A stretch of DNA of 64,000 nucleotides from Negaprion brevirostris (Eukaryota): positions 56,768,383-56,832,382 of the forward strand of contig JARDVH010000097.1 in the NCBI GenBank assembly GCA_030324005.1, given 5' to 3'. Position numbers and translations under genes: made by a program. Each line of letters starts with the position of its first letter. Positions within the stretch are counted from its first letter, which is position 1. Positions 13,951-26,881 of the stretch are shown in pieces. The notes below the pieces were generated by a model that was not told the DNA's origin, searched no databases, and worked only from the letters and a program-made list of their open reading frames with translations.

Positions 13951-14515
13951 TGAATGCTTTGTCTACTGCCTCCAATGCAAGTGTATCCCTTCTTAAATAA
14001 GATCATTTAAACTATACACAGTACTGGCATGTATCATCTCATCAATGCCCTGTACAGTTGTATCAAGACTTCCTTACTTTTATGCGGTATCCCTCTTACA
14101 ATAAAGGCAAATATTTCATTTATATTCCTAAATGCTTGCTGTGCTTACATACCAAACTTTTGTGATCTATGTATGAAGATATGTGGGTCCCTCTCCACCA
14201 TAGCATTCTGCAGACACTTTCCCAATTTAAATAATAGTCTGCATTTCTATTCTTCCTAGCAAAGTGGAGAACCTCATTTCCCCCATTATGCTCCAACTGC
14301 CTGTGTTTTTCCCACTCACTTAGCCTATCAATGTCTCTTTACAGGCTCAGTTTACCCCCCTTGCAGAATGCTGTCCCACTTATTTTTAAAGCCACAGCAA
14401 ATTTGACCAAATATATTTGTTCCTTTCAGCGATTGAAGTCCCTGCAGTTATTCCTGTGGCATTCCACAAGTTTAGAATTTGCCAATTTGAAAATCACCCT
14501 TCTACTCCCACTCTG

Positions 14516-15200
14516 TCCAGAGTTTTACACTCCCTGCCCAGCAGTTTCTGAGGGAGCAGAAAATAGCATGGAAATGTTTCCGTCTCATGTCTGCCCCACC
14601 TTAGACCTGATTTTATGGTGGGGTGTACAGCTTCTGGACAGGAAACCCGTCCTTGCTCCTATTAAGGCTGTTAAGCCCACTTGATGGCCACTTAAGGGTC
14701 TGTTCCATCCCCATCTTAATTTTAGGCTGGCAGGTACTGGATGACCGAGGGTGCACTTGGGACTTCCTTCTCTTAGAGACCAGGGAGCTCCAGCCCTCCC
14801 AGCCTTGCCTCTCCTCCTGGTCTACACCCGAGCAATGCAATTGCCACACACCAACTGACACCCCCAGGAAATCTTCTAACATCCTGCTTCAGGAGCCCTG
14901 GTATTTATCAGCACTGTGGTCCCAGGACTTAATCTCTGGCACAGGCACTGCAATACTTCTTCCAGCCACTGCTGCGCTGTGCATCTGGATAGCCTGGATG
15001 GCTATCAGCCAATCTGATTGGCTGACTAATCTTCAAGGAGAGCCTTCTGTCCAAGTGTGGACAAAAATGTCACCTGCGGCCAATCACTTCTTACTACAGT
15101 GTGATATGGCAGAGGGCCTGTAAGATTCAGCGGGATTGTATTCCTCACCAACTCTCAGGATAATGGGTAACCAATACTAGCCATCCTGAAAATGCAGGTC
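14516..15200. mobile_element. Non-autonomous DNA transposon-like insertion in the CR1
   Basis: CR1 similarity breaks at ctctgt (14516) and resumes at ctctgtttcctg (about 15200). Termini CCAGAGTTTT and GAAAATGCAGG resemble local MITE ends. Confidence 0.55.
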
Positions 15201-17555
15201 TCTGTTTCCTGCTTATCAACCAATCCTCTATCACCCATCTAATCACACTCTGTCCAGAGTTTTACACTCCCTGCTATCTAAGCTGATTTATTACCTAATC
15301 CTCCATCTGAGCCGATATATTACCCCACCAGCTTGTGTGGCATGTGGCACCTTATTAAATGCCTTTTGGAAGTTCCAATACACTATAGCTATTGGTTCTC
15401 CTTTATCCACCCTGATTGTTACATTCTCAAAGAACTTGAATAAATTCATCAAATATAATTTCCCTTTCTCAAACCATGCTTGATTTTTCACAATGTCCTG
15501 CTTCTACTGCCTACAGAGTGGATTCTCGCATCTTCCCAATGACAGCTGTTAGATTAATTGGCCAGTATTTCCCTGCTTTCTTGCTCCCGCCTTTCTGGAA
15601 TAGAAGTGTTATGTTTGCAGTTTTCTAGTCTGCATGGGGCTTTCTAAAATATAAGGAATTTTGGAAAAATATAACCATTACAACCACTAGCTCTGTAAAC
15701 ATTTGTTTTAAGACCCTAGGGTGCAGGTCCAGGGGACTCATCAGCCTTTAGTCTCAATAGTTTCCTCGTACTTTTTGTCTAATTTGTTTTAAGTTTCTCT
15801 GTCCCTTTTGCCACTTGATTTTCTCTTATTATTACTAGGATGTTTTTCTGTCTTCTTCCACAACAGATACAAAATACTGTTCAAAGCCTCTTTCATTTCC
15901 TAATTTCCCATTATGAATTCCTCAGTCTCATCCCTAAGATACCAACAGTCACTGACTTCCAATGTTCCTTCAAATCAACTTCAAATTCTTTGATCTTGTC
16001 TATTAATCTCTCCATAGCCTTCCATCACCAGTGTGAGTGATCGTCTCCAGCATGGCTATCATCCCAAACTGTTTTCCAATGTCATCTCATTTTAATACAT
16101 GAAAATGAATGTCACCCAAGATATCTCAGCAAAGCCTAAGCAGCATTATAACATTCAGCACATCATTGTTAAAGTTCACAAATTATGGATTAACATTAAA
16201 AACCTGTGTTCTTAAAATACTTTACAAAAAGTTAACATTTTGAGCACATATAGTTTTCAGCCAAGATCACCACATTCCCCAGTGACATCAGACTCAGTGA
16301 AGCCCCTTTCCCCCCACCCCTACACACAGTAATGAACCGCTCTTTCCCCCACCATCATCCCCTATCCCTTCCCCGCCACCTCTTTTAGTTTCATTGCCAG
16401 TGCCAGTGCAGCAGTTGCCAGCCTGGGGTAAGGAGCAAGTACAAAAGGAGCTAAAACAGGGTAAAGTTAGAAGCCAACACTCGCATTCCCAGCTCAGCTG
16501 CACATCCTCCCGGTTTGTCCTGCACGATGTCTGTCACGGAGTTACACCTGCCTGCCTCTGTCTGCACACAAATATCCTGGGCCTGTCTGGCACTCACCAC
16601 TAAAAGTGTTTTCTGAGGTAGAGGGCACTTTGGGATCGCTGCCATTCCTTAATACTCGGCACAAGCAATCAGTGAGACCAGCCAAAGCCTCAGCATTGTT
16701 GCCTTGAAGAAGACAGAGCTCACAATTCCGCACAGTTTTGAAACTCCTGTCTTAAATTGAAGTAATGTTTGCTGTTTCAATTTCATCGTCAGAGAAATCA
16801 CAAGCTTGGTGATTTCAAAGTAAAGAAGAATTTCTTTTTCTGAATAGATAGGGAGAAAGCAAAAGTAAGTTGGGAAAGCAAGTTTAATATTTAAAGTATT
16901 ATAGACAGCCATGTATAATCTGGTTATTTGCGACATGTGCATGTTATTCTGATTATCTACATGTAACATGAATCACAATTCCACTTCAAATTATAATCAT
17001 AGATCTGCAGTGTCATTACAGTACAGAAGGACGCTGGCTCTCTGATGACCATCCAGTCAGTTCCTTTCTCCCACTCTACCCCCATAGTCCTGTATTACCT
17101 TTCGTTACCTTTGCGACAAGCACTTTCAAGTGCTTCTCATTTTGTGCAGTGAAAATAATTTGTACCACGTTTAATCTCAGTAGTTTGTACTAGGGAAGTT
17201 AGATCATCTCAACTCAATTTATTCAGTTGGACATTGTGTTAAGTGATGTTTTCATGGCAGCAAAATTTCACTACAGAATTGTAGCCTCAAACTTGAGGTC
17301 CTGTTCATATTTTGACTCTAGTGGAAAATATAAAAACAGCTCTGAAGATAAAGCAATGCCATCTAAGAAGAAAATGGCACAGACCTTTTTGTCACTATGA
17401 AAGCCTTGTTGGTTCTTGACATTTGTTTTCTTGCTGTAAATGTCCTACTTTCCTTTCTGTTTTATGCTAATTGATTAACCTCTCATGTCTCTTAGATAGT
17501 AGAAATGTTCTTACTTCAACCTTTCCTGAATGCCCTTTCTGCTTTATCTCTCAAG

Positions 17556-17582
17556 CTCACTATCTGGATAAGGTAGTGAAAG
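17556..17582 (+). CDS. TENM4: Teneurin 27-nt microexon (AHYLDKVVK), the alternatively spliced insert in the EGF region
   Basis: Sequence ...tctctcaag|CTCACTATCTGGATAAGGTAGTGAAAG|gtatgg, phase 1-1. Inclusion gives HCTI-AHYLDKVVK-EGCPG, matching the AHYLD(R/K)(V/I)VK insert of vertebrate teneurin-3/4. Confidence 0.93.
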
Positions 17583-18208
17583 GTATGGCTTTATTCCTAT
17601 ATCTTTAGTAAACTGTTTACGATGTGATTTTAAAATTCATCTTTTAGAATTTCTAATTCTGTCGCTGTTGTCATCATTCTTCATCAGTCTGATGTGGTCC
17701 GCTTAGCTTTATTCACTGGCTTGCATTTGTAATAAGTTGATGGCCTGTTGCTGTAAACTGTCCTTTCAGAATTATTTTATTATTTCCATTGATAATATTT
17801 CAGAGAAATGCAATTGTTAATGAACTAGACCATTGAGTTCCTTAGTGAGAAAAGGGAGAAAGGCTGCTACAAGTACACCCATAGATTTTAACTTTTTTAC
17901 TCTCCTGCCAAATTTTAATAAATTCACGCATCTGAAGTATGTGAATAGAAAGAAATATGCACACACATTAAAATAATTACATTGCGGAGTTATACAGCCC
18001 ATGATACGGTGGTTGAAAGTATGAGTACTCTCAAAGGCTGATATTGAAGCCTGCCAAATTATGCAAGTGTATAGTGTGAAGATATTTTCATGTATGGCTC
18101 AACGATTGTGATAAATTAATGTATGCCATATCCTAACAAATTAACATTAAACTCGAGGACTGGTTGCCTATCCACTTGCCTCAGATTTAAGGAGTTCTGT
18201 TAAACTTT

Positions 18209-18340
18209 GATTGGAATTCTCCACCTTGGCGACTGAGATTATCTGGTTCCACTACTGTGAACGGAGACTTGGCTAAGCGCCAAATTCTCCATTCTAACTA
18301 GCAGCGGTAGCAGGGTGTGCAAGACTGGATAATTCTGACC
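18209..18340. mobile_element. ~130-bp MITE, family B
   Basis: Core ttggct(a/g)agcgccaaattctc..ttct...tagcagcgg is shared with 48225-48354; termini are inverted. Confidence 0.65.
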
Positions 18341-19539
18341 ATTAACTGGCTCTTTGGCATCTGTACTTCATCAAACATCAAAAATGTACAGACCCAATTT
18401 TGAATTGATGGTGAAAATTTTCACAGATTCACTTGAATGTAACCTATGTGTAGTTATGTAATCCATTAAGGGCAATTTCATAAACTACTGGATTTTAAAA
18501 ATTGTTTGCTGAGCTTGCTGTTGTTTCAACCTCTTGAACACTTCATTGGCAAGCTGAACTATTGTTCCACCATCAGAAAAATGACAGAAGAATATGATGA
18601 TTATTACAGTTTCCAGTTCTGATGACAAGTTTGACCGTGAACTATTTACCCACGCTCTTTCTATAGTTGCCTTCCATCCTGTCATGTACTCCAGCATTTT
18701 ATTCTTTGACTTTTTTATCCTTAACTATATCCACGGATGCCTGAACAAAATTAGAGAAACATATACAATCCTGAACATTAAATCAGCATTATAATATTAT
18801 TATGATATTGAATTCTGCTTGTTGCTACTCAGAGGAACCATTCAGTCTGTTAGCTGAATATCTGCTTAATTTTTTTTGTGAATAGTTTGTTGTTGAATGA
18901 AAATTACACAGAACCCTGCAAAACAATGTAACACACTTAAAAAAGAAAATTGTATGTGTTCTGCTCTGAACAGTCACTGTTCGAAGCTTTTTATATTGCA
19001 TCTTCCATAGTTTGGGGACTAAACTGGACTCATTCGTTGAGCACTATATAATCAACAAAGTGTCAAGAATGGAATCCAAGCTACACATACATATTTCCTA
19101 TGAGCAGTGAGCAGGACTCCATATTGATAGAATAGTTTGCATGCGTTACAAATGACCACCAGCTATGTAAACGAAGAAGCGATGTAGTGACACAAAATGA
19201 GTGTGCACGTGGAATTTGACACCACTGTTGCCATTTAGCAATAGCAATTCCACATTCCTGAGCACACCCAGGCTTTATCTTACATTGCTGAACATAATGT
19301 TAGACGGATTAAAGGAGCACTCTGACTACCAACTTCCCCCTCCATCACCATTTAAAGGAATCAGAAAGTACATACAGGTTAATTGTTGGATTATTTTTTC
19401 TGGTTTTGAATACTTTATAGGGGATGGTCTGTTTGGCCTGTTTTTGTCATATAAAATATTGTGCTTAAAGAAGTTACTTCCAGACATGTGTGGCCTCTTA
19501 GGCCTTCCTTGACTAATTGACCATGAACTCGGTGAATGA

Positions 19540-20770
19540 CCAGAGACCCCAGAGAGCAGGGTATGCTGCTGGAGGAGATGAAGATATCGGACAGAAAGAG
19601 AGTGGCCCTCATCCAATTGCCATATCCACAGAGGGTACTCAGACTCTCTTCCTTCAGCAGTGACCAATGCATTAGATATTTTCATTTTGATCAAGAGATC
19701 ACGAGTGAAATCTGTCAACTGCTGTAGCCAAAACTGCAGCCTCAAAACAGGATAGTTCATAAGTTCATAAGATATAGGAGCAGAATTAGGCCTTTTGGCC
19801 CATCGAGTCTGCTCCACCATTCAATCATGGTTGATATGCTCCTCATCCCCATTTTCCTGCCTTCCCCCCATAACCCTTCAACGCATTAAAAATGTCTAAC
19901 TCCTCCTCAAATGTACTCGCTGTCTCAGCATCCACCGCACTTTGGGGTAGCAAATTCCACAGATTCACAACCCTTTGGGAGGAGTAGTTTCTCCTCAATT
20001 CTGTTTTAAATTTGTTATCCTTTTAAATAAGGAGAGCATTGCCTGTGACCATCAAGCTGAAATGGTATTTATTTTTCTGGCTCTATTTTGCTTCCTTCTG
20101 GGGATACAAGCAGCACCTTGCATTCTGCAGTGCATTCCTGTATGAGGAAGGTCACAGAGATTCTTTATATAAAGCGAGGAACACATTCACCTTATTCTGT
20201 CTTGACCAGCACAAACAAGGAGAGTGTGCATCAAATACAGCTTTGCCCATGCTGCAGAATGCCATTGACTGCACGTGCATTTTCTTGTGTGCGCTTCATC
20301 ATTTTCATTGAAATGGATTTTGTTCACACAAAGTGCACTTGGGTGTGACCACAGGCAGCACATCAGGCAGATGAACACCCATTATCCTAGAAATAGCCAC
20401 CATTTTTTCATTCTGCATCAGGTTCTGTGCCACTTGCATTTGACAAGTCAAAGGCTGGATACTGATGACAAGGGCTATCTCACATGACATGCCTCCCGAC
20501 TCCAGTCAGGAACCCATGCAGATGTGAACAACAGGCCGACAATGTTGTCTCAAGAAACATTCCCAGCACCATCCTGTAGCAATGTTTCCAATACCTGGAC
20601 AGCTTTGCAAGAGCCCTGCAGAACTCAGCAAGCAGGTATCAATGTTTGTTGTTGGTCATATGCTGCCTGTTGAACAACTTGGCCAGTGCGAAAGAACAAC
20701 CTTTGCCGCCATACGTGCTGAGAGAAGCAGAGGAGATGGAAGACAAGGAAGAGGAGGAGGAGGATGAAAG
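19540..20770 (+). pseudogene. Fossil PIF/Harbinger transposase, split by a CR1 insertion
   Basis: Frameshifted fragments in HARBI1-like order: PYPQRVLR..SDQCIRYFHFDQEITSEICQLL; ALPVTIK; AVHSCMRKVTEILY; PMLQNAIDCT; CDHRQHIRQMNTHYPRNSH; DKGY; QCFQYLDS..ALQ; CCLLNNLA; then an acidic tail. Confidence 0.8.
19757..20025 (-). mobile_element. CR1-type LINE 3' end inserted in the Harbinger transposase
   Basis: Tail cataagttcataagatataggagcagaattaggcc..., followed by the C-terminal ORF2 remnant (aaactactcctcccaaagggttgtgaatctgtggaattt on the minus strand). Confidence 0.85.
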
Positions 20771-20859
20771 ACAAGAATAATAAGATAACAATAATAGGAC
20801 AACAACAACTGTAAGAAGGGGAAGGGAGGTCCGTTTCTGCCTGAAATCTATGTGCAAAT

Positions 20860-21330
20860 CTCAGTACAAAGCCCTGTTCCAAGTTGATGGTTGTCTCCTC
20901 CATAGTGTTTGACACTGAGCACAGGCTTCCTAGCAGGCTTTCCATTGCATCAAGCATTTGGTTTGTGTACACCCATCACTTTTCCTCTGTAGCTTGATCC
21001 ATCAAAGTTGTCACCTAAGTCCCCTGCAGCAGAATTAGTCTGCGACTTCTTCCTCTGTAAGCTGACACCTGCACTATTCCTGTCAACCCCTTGGTTTCCA
21101 CAGACTAGTGTTCTGGATCCTACCACATGCAGATTCCCCCATCATTTCCCCTAAAATAGGTACAGTGTTAGTCTCTAACTGGATGCAAGTGTGCAACCGA
21201 GTGATGGCGACTTTACGCTCTTTAATCTCTTTCACTTCGGACTCAGATCGGAAGGCCCATGGACACGGCTGCTGCCTCCTTTGCAGGGTGGGTAACACCA
21301 GGCCATGAGCAGCAGCTGCAATGGGAACAC
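20860..21330 (-). pseudogene. Probable remnant of the second (Myb/SANT-type) Harbinger ORF, convergent with the transposase
   Basis: Lies next to the transposase fossil and gives a minus-strand helical-looking peptide (QMLDAMESLLGSLCSVSNTMEETTINLEQGF). The Myb domain itself is not recognisable. Confidence 0.4.
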
Positions 21331-23099
21331 TTCCATCCTAAGTCTAGATGATTACTACTCCTATTCATAAATGTTGCAATATGTGTTACTGCATAGAACA
21401 CTTTCTGATATGAATTTTGCTAACTACGGGTTCCCAGGCCTTTGGTTCTGAACTATTTGCCTTTACCATCGTACCTTGCGATAACCTGCTTTCAGCTGAA
21501 GTGAACAATGATTCATACAATACTTAAAATACATTAAAATATCAGTACATATGTTTTAAAATCATAATTTCTTGTTTAATTCTCTTACAGCATTCACAAA
21601 TGTATAAAGTATTCTCTCATTAGCTTATTAGCTTGTTTCATGAATCATTTAACTACTTACTGGTAGTCCTGTCAATGCCATAATAGATTCTGTTTAAAAA
21701 CCTTATTAACTGGTTAGAAATCTCCCACAGCACATGCCCAATAGTATTTTAAGGTTGTAGACCCAAATGCTTCACAATAGTGTGCCTGTGCATTCAGTGT
21801 ATGTTATGATGAAAGAGGGAATGAGACTGCACTTAAGTTGATGCTGTTTTCAGGAAAGCGAGAAATTAATATACTTTTCCTTTGGTGATATCACCTGTCA
21901 TTTTGTTCTGCTGGAAAGCAGGCTGGTAGGGATTTGACTGTTGTAATTAGATTAAGAGACAGAGTGACTGCAAGGGTCTAAAACAACAGCAAGAAGTGGT
22001 TTTGACATATTAATAAGCCAAGAAAAACTTCATTAAGAACTTAATGCGGCAATAAAGTAAATAGTTCTGTTTCGATTCAAAGGGAAACATGTATCAGCTG
22101 TAAAAATTTTAAGTAAGTCAGGCAAATATAGGGTAAGTTTACTTTTTAAAAATCAGAATTAAAGGAAAGAATTTGATCAGTTCTGAGAGATTGGATGAAA
22201 TAATAGAGGATAGAAAGATCAAAAGGAAGAAACACATTTTAAGGGAACAGTGAAGCTGTGTAACAGGCTGCAGCTGTCTAGATCTCCCAGAACACAACAT
22301 GGTAATTGGTTACATCTCTCAGAAGACAGCACAGACAAGGCCAGACCTGGAGAATCAGTTCTCAGCCTCAGAGAACACCCTCCGAGCAAAAGAGCACAAC
22401 ATGGCAAAATCACTGGAATTCTGTAGACTTTAGATCTGTGAGAATTTTGACAAGCAGAAAAGGGAAGGTTAATTCTGAGTGCAGTTTAAGTTAAGATCTT
22501 TTGGAACTGTTTGAAGTACTGTTAATTGTGCAGAGTAGTTCTTGTGCTTAAGTGTAATCATTTTTTAATTTTTTTAAATAGATGCTCATATAAAATCATC
22601 ACAATAGGTCAGAGACGACATTTTTCAATTTTAATTAACCTCTTCATAATATACAAATTGCAAAAATAAGTTTTGGCAGCTGTTTCAAGTTTCCGTTTGG
22701 GATCTGGGCAGCTCAGCATTTACCATCAGCCATACCTCAACACTGCCCAAACCCGCCTCATCCCCAAAGAATAAAACAGGAATGTAGGTCTTGTGTAGAC
22801 CTAAATAAGGATGTGGCAGAGAATCAGGGACCCCTGCCATTTATGCATGAGGATCAATGCACAATCATCTGCCCACTTTGTCTGTGGCTCTGACTGTGAT
22901 AGCGCTACTCAACCTTAATGTCATTGGATCATTACAGACAGTATGGGGAATATCTGTTGCAAGTCACATGACCACCCTTCTGGCACAGATATCATCCATT
23001 TGGTATTCTGGCACTTCAATGATACAAAAAAAAGCAGCTTACTTTTATATAACACAATTAACATAGAGTATGCCAATGAGCATCACAATCACAAAAATA

Positions 23100-23690
23100 A
23101 CTTGGATAATGAATAATGGCTTTGAGGAAGCTTATGAAAGTTGTTAGAAAGAGTGCAAAATGAAGGGATTCAGCACCAGTATTTCAGATTGTGGTTATGA
23201 AAATACTGGTGAAGTATTTGTTATCAAAGATGGTGTAAAGTGAGTAGGGATGGATGGGAAGAGCAAACAGGACTTGTACTAGAACTTAGGGCTGAAGAAG
23301 GTTGTAGAGATAGGGAGAGGCATAGCCATGGAAGGACTTGTAGAAAACTTAAAAATCAATCTTTTGCAGAATGGAAAATAAAAGGAATTCGGAGAGCAAA
23401 ACTTATTGTGAGCCAATATGCAGTTTATGAAATTTGGAAGAAGTTTCAATTTGTAAAAGGTGGAATTTAAGAAGCTGGCAAGGAAAGCAGTGGAACAAGC
23501 AAGTGACAATGGTGTGGAGAGTGGTTTAAATGACAGTGAATGTTGTCACAAGGCAACGTGTAGAAAGGGAAAGAAAGGGACCCAGACCTTTGTTCATACC
23601 TGAGGCAACTGTTTGAGGGAAGGAGGAACAGCATGGATAGACTAGTATCATAGATGGAAATTTAGTTAAAAGATAAGAATCAGAATTAGG
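23100..23690 (-). mobile_element. Very old L2/CR1-group LINE RT fragment
   Basis: The minus strand near 23560-23620 gives a degenerate VxSG..G.LGP.LF (GVPQGSxLGP-like) motif. Confidence 0.4.
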
Positions 23691-25456
23691 GCTAATGGGT
23701 ATTGAGCAGGATCTAAAAGTATTAGCTTTTGGAGAGTCAGCGAGAGGCCTGCGTTGCCTCTTTTAGGAAGATCAGCCATATTAAGTGCTGATCAATCATC
23801 CACACACCAGCTCCCACCCCTCAACTCCCCAAGAGCTACTGGCCAAGCAGAGGCCAACAGTTCCTCATTGATGTCTGTTCTATGTAGGGAGCAGTGTTAC
23901 CTGCCAGCATGGACCCAGCAGAGGCCCAGCATCAGTGGGGGACCCAGGAGAGGGGGTTAGAGAAAAGGGGAGGAAGATGGCTCTCAGAGGGTCCCTATTA
24001 ATCTGGCAATGAGTGCTTGACAATGATGGATCCTGTTGGTAGCCTACAAGCAAATATTTCAGGATATGTTTTGCAAGCTCCCTGTATGGCAACTGCCCCA
24101 TCTACCATTGGTCAAATACTGGTGATGGCAGAATGAGGCCCTTTTGTGGAAAGTAAGTGTCAAATGAAGGGTTTCAATTTCTGGAGGGACGTGAAAGGCA
24201 GTCGAAGAGACACCCCCCCCANNNNNNNNNNNNNNNNNNNNNNNNNNNNNNNNNNNNNNNNNNNNNNNNNNNNNNNNNNNNNNNNNNNNNNNNNNNNNNN
24301 NNNNNNNNNNNNNNNNNNNNNCAGTCCAAGAGACACCCCCCCCACTCTACAATTAATAGGCACAAAAATGGGAAGGCAACAGAGTCCCAAGCTAGTACCC
24401 ACTCACCCAATTAAAAGCCAAATTCACTCTCTAAACTCACCTCATTACACAAAAACTGACCCTGAAACGAAGGGAAATATATTGGATGAGGCAACTGAAA
24501 GCTTTGACAAAGAGGTAAGCTTTTAGAATGTGGAAACAGAGATGTTTAAAGGCAGCATTCCAAAACTTAGAGACTGGACAGCTGAACAAGTGGCAGGAAG
24601 TGGTGGGACAAAGGGGATTCAAAGAGGATTCACAATAAGCCAACCTCAAAACTTATGAATACAAAAATAGAAGATTTACTAAACAAGAGGAAAAGTATAC
24701 AAGATTTCAAAAAAATGGGATGGATTGTGGGGACAGGCGGGAGTAGCAGTTGCAACTTAATGTAAATATGTGTGAATTAATGCACTTCCAAAGGAAAATG
24801 AAGCAATAGAAGTTTACATTCAAGGAAAAATATTGACACGTATGGATGCCCAGTGAAACCTAGAAGCAGTTACCAGTTGGGGTATGTGTACATTCATGGC
24901 GGTTTGCCAATCTCCAAAAAACCATTAGCCATTATGAGAAACATCAGCTGGTTAGGCATTTATGAATTGAAATTGAGTACATTAGATAGAAACACTGAGG
25001 CTTACTGTGAGGAGGTACAGATTTTTCACCTTCACCTGCTATAGAGAAAATCCAGTCCGCTGCTCCTTAATGCAGATTATTTTGCAAATTATTATGCATT
25101 TGATGCAGATCCAATGCTGCTACATTGTTTTGCAATGGTGTGTAAAGACAGCTTTATTTCTGAAAAGTTTAATGAAGAGCAAATGAATGTTCAGATTTTG
25201 GTTTTAGTACTTAATTGGGGAATGGAAAGAAGAACACAATACGGTGAATCTTGATTTTTTTACATCTCTCCCATATTTTACTTTCATTGACTTCAATGGG
25301 ATCTGGGAGAGATGCAAAACAGGCTGCTGATTTGTTATCACCCATTTCAGAGAATCTCACAAACTCAAGATCTACTCCAATATATCCCATATTAAAATGC
25401 AACTACTGAAAAACTAAACGCATGAGTCTCAATGATGAAACTTGTTTCTTTGACAG

Positions 25457-25603
25457 AAGGTTGCCCGGGTTTATGTAATGGCAATGGGCGATGCACACTG
25501 GACCAGAACGGTTGGCATTGTATGTGTCAGCTAGGCTGGAGAGGTGCTGGATGTGATACCTCCATGGAAACTGCTTGTGGAGATGGGAAAGATAATGATG
25601 GAG
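25457..25603 (+). CDS. TENM4: Teneurin coding exon, last EGF repeat and start of the cysteine-rich region
   Basis: Acceptor ttgacag| and donor |gtaaga; 147 nt. Translates to [49 protein letters not shown]. Confidence 0.96.
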
Positions 25604-26881
25604 GTAAGAGCTGTTTGTGTATTTCATATCTGAAACACTAGTAATAAAAGCAGTGAGACCATAAAATGTTTTGGTGCTGTACAAATAGATCAACAGTTGT
25701 CTGTGATCATAATAACTTGTCATTGCTGAATATTCATGTGAATGTAACTGCAAACATTTAATCAGATCTCTGTTGGCCAATGTGTGAACTGCCCTTCACT
25801 CTTCAGGAATTCTACATAAGCTCCCGATTAGCTTTTTTGTTGACATTGCAGAATGCAGTATGATAGTGGAGTTTCTTTATTATGTGGGTTTAACTAACAT
25901 TTTGTAATACATGCCAGTAATAGTTTTATGATTTTTTTTCACCAAAGTGTAATGTCTGTGGCTGGAAAATGTCTACATGTAACAACAGAGCTGTTGTCTT
26001 TGGATAAATCTTCAATTAGAATTTTAATAGCTGATCAGCCAGATTTCTCATTCAGAGCTTAATATACTCCACATAGAAAGGCAGGAGCTTATTGATTGTT
26101 TGTCCTTCCTATGTAGAAATTCAATGAGGATAGTTCTACACAGTATCATAAAATGGAAGCACTGATTGGTATCAGCTCTTTTCACATCCTAGTGAACGGT
26201 GCCATTTAGCCTCAATGATTGGCTTGAGTTGCTCTGCAGCCCTTATTCAGTGCAATGCTGATGTCCCCCTCCTCCATGTACCCCCATTCCCAAACCACCA
26301 TAAGTTTTGCTGACTTCTTGTTCCTTTTCTGTTAAAATTTGTAGACTTTGGCTTCTGGCATGTTGCTTTATCTCATCTGGTCCTCTCTCTTTCCACTTCC
26401 AGTTCCTCCATTTGTATTTTGCGAGAAACTCCCGGAGGAGTTTCTGTTTCCTATTTTATCATATATTCCCGTCAGCATAAATGTACACTATCTGATCCAT
26501 CAAAACTAGCTGTGGTAAAGATAATGGATGGTGAGGTGAAATGTTCGGCATGAAGTTAATGTTTCAATCACAACCAAGTTTTTAATACTTTGTTTTTTGC
26601 CTAACAATCCAAATGCTACATTCTAGAGGTTTATTATTTGTACATCCGTGATCTGGTAGTAGAGTCTTCCTTAACATATGCAAAATAAAAGCTTTCACAA
26701 TAAAGGAGTGGACTAAAATGCAGGTATGGAGGTTTTGGTGTGTCACATTTCATTGTAGAAACAGGTCCTCCATTAGTATGTAAATTAGGTACATGAATTT
26801 TGTTGCCATCCAGCCCCAAATCATTTTTGCTCTCTCATTTTAATGAATTTGCTAAAGATATCTTGGTTCTTTCTGTACCAG

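Larger units (their letters stand above)
13185..15960 (-). mobile_element. Decayed CR1 LINE (RT region and 3' end) with a nested SINE and a DNA transposon-like insert
   Basis: ORF 15291-15491(-) NQAWFEKGKLYLMNLFKFFENVTIRVDKGEPIAIVYWNFQKAFNKVPH resembles the CR1 RT motif QHGF..GKSCLTNL..D..YLDFxKAFDKVPH. The 3' UTR is at about 13185-13330. Confidence 0.85.

Noticed and set aside
14623-15123. Longer ORFs such as 14623-15123, 19326-19820, 37665-38132 and 63106-63540 as nested genes
   Set aside because: They lie within or across repeats, have no recognisable domain, and show no supporting splice structure.
17572-17578. Alternative donor AAG|gtagtg inside the microexon
   Set aside because: It would give a 17-nt exon and a frameshift. 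The downstream |gtatgg donor restores the known peptide.
21939-22742. Possible solo LTR (TG...CA ends, AATAA-like signal)
   Set aside because: There is no matching TSD and no second copy in the window, so it is not supportable without a library search.
23174-23211. 11-bp stem hairpin caccagtattt / aaatactggtg
   Set aside because: It is short, lies in decayed LINE sequence, and is compatible with chance or a small local inversion.
24199-24343. Duplicated cagtc(g/c)aagagacacccccccc on both sides of a 100-N gap
   Set aside because: Most likely a collapsed tandem repeat or a scaffold overlap at the gap; it cannot be interpreted.
25454-25459. NAGNAG acceptor (CAG AAG) that could drop one Glu
   Set aside because: This is a common motif, the proximal CAG is the stronger site, and the sequence alone gives no evidence of use.
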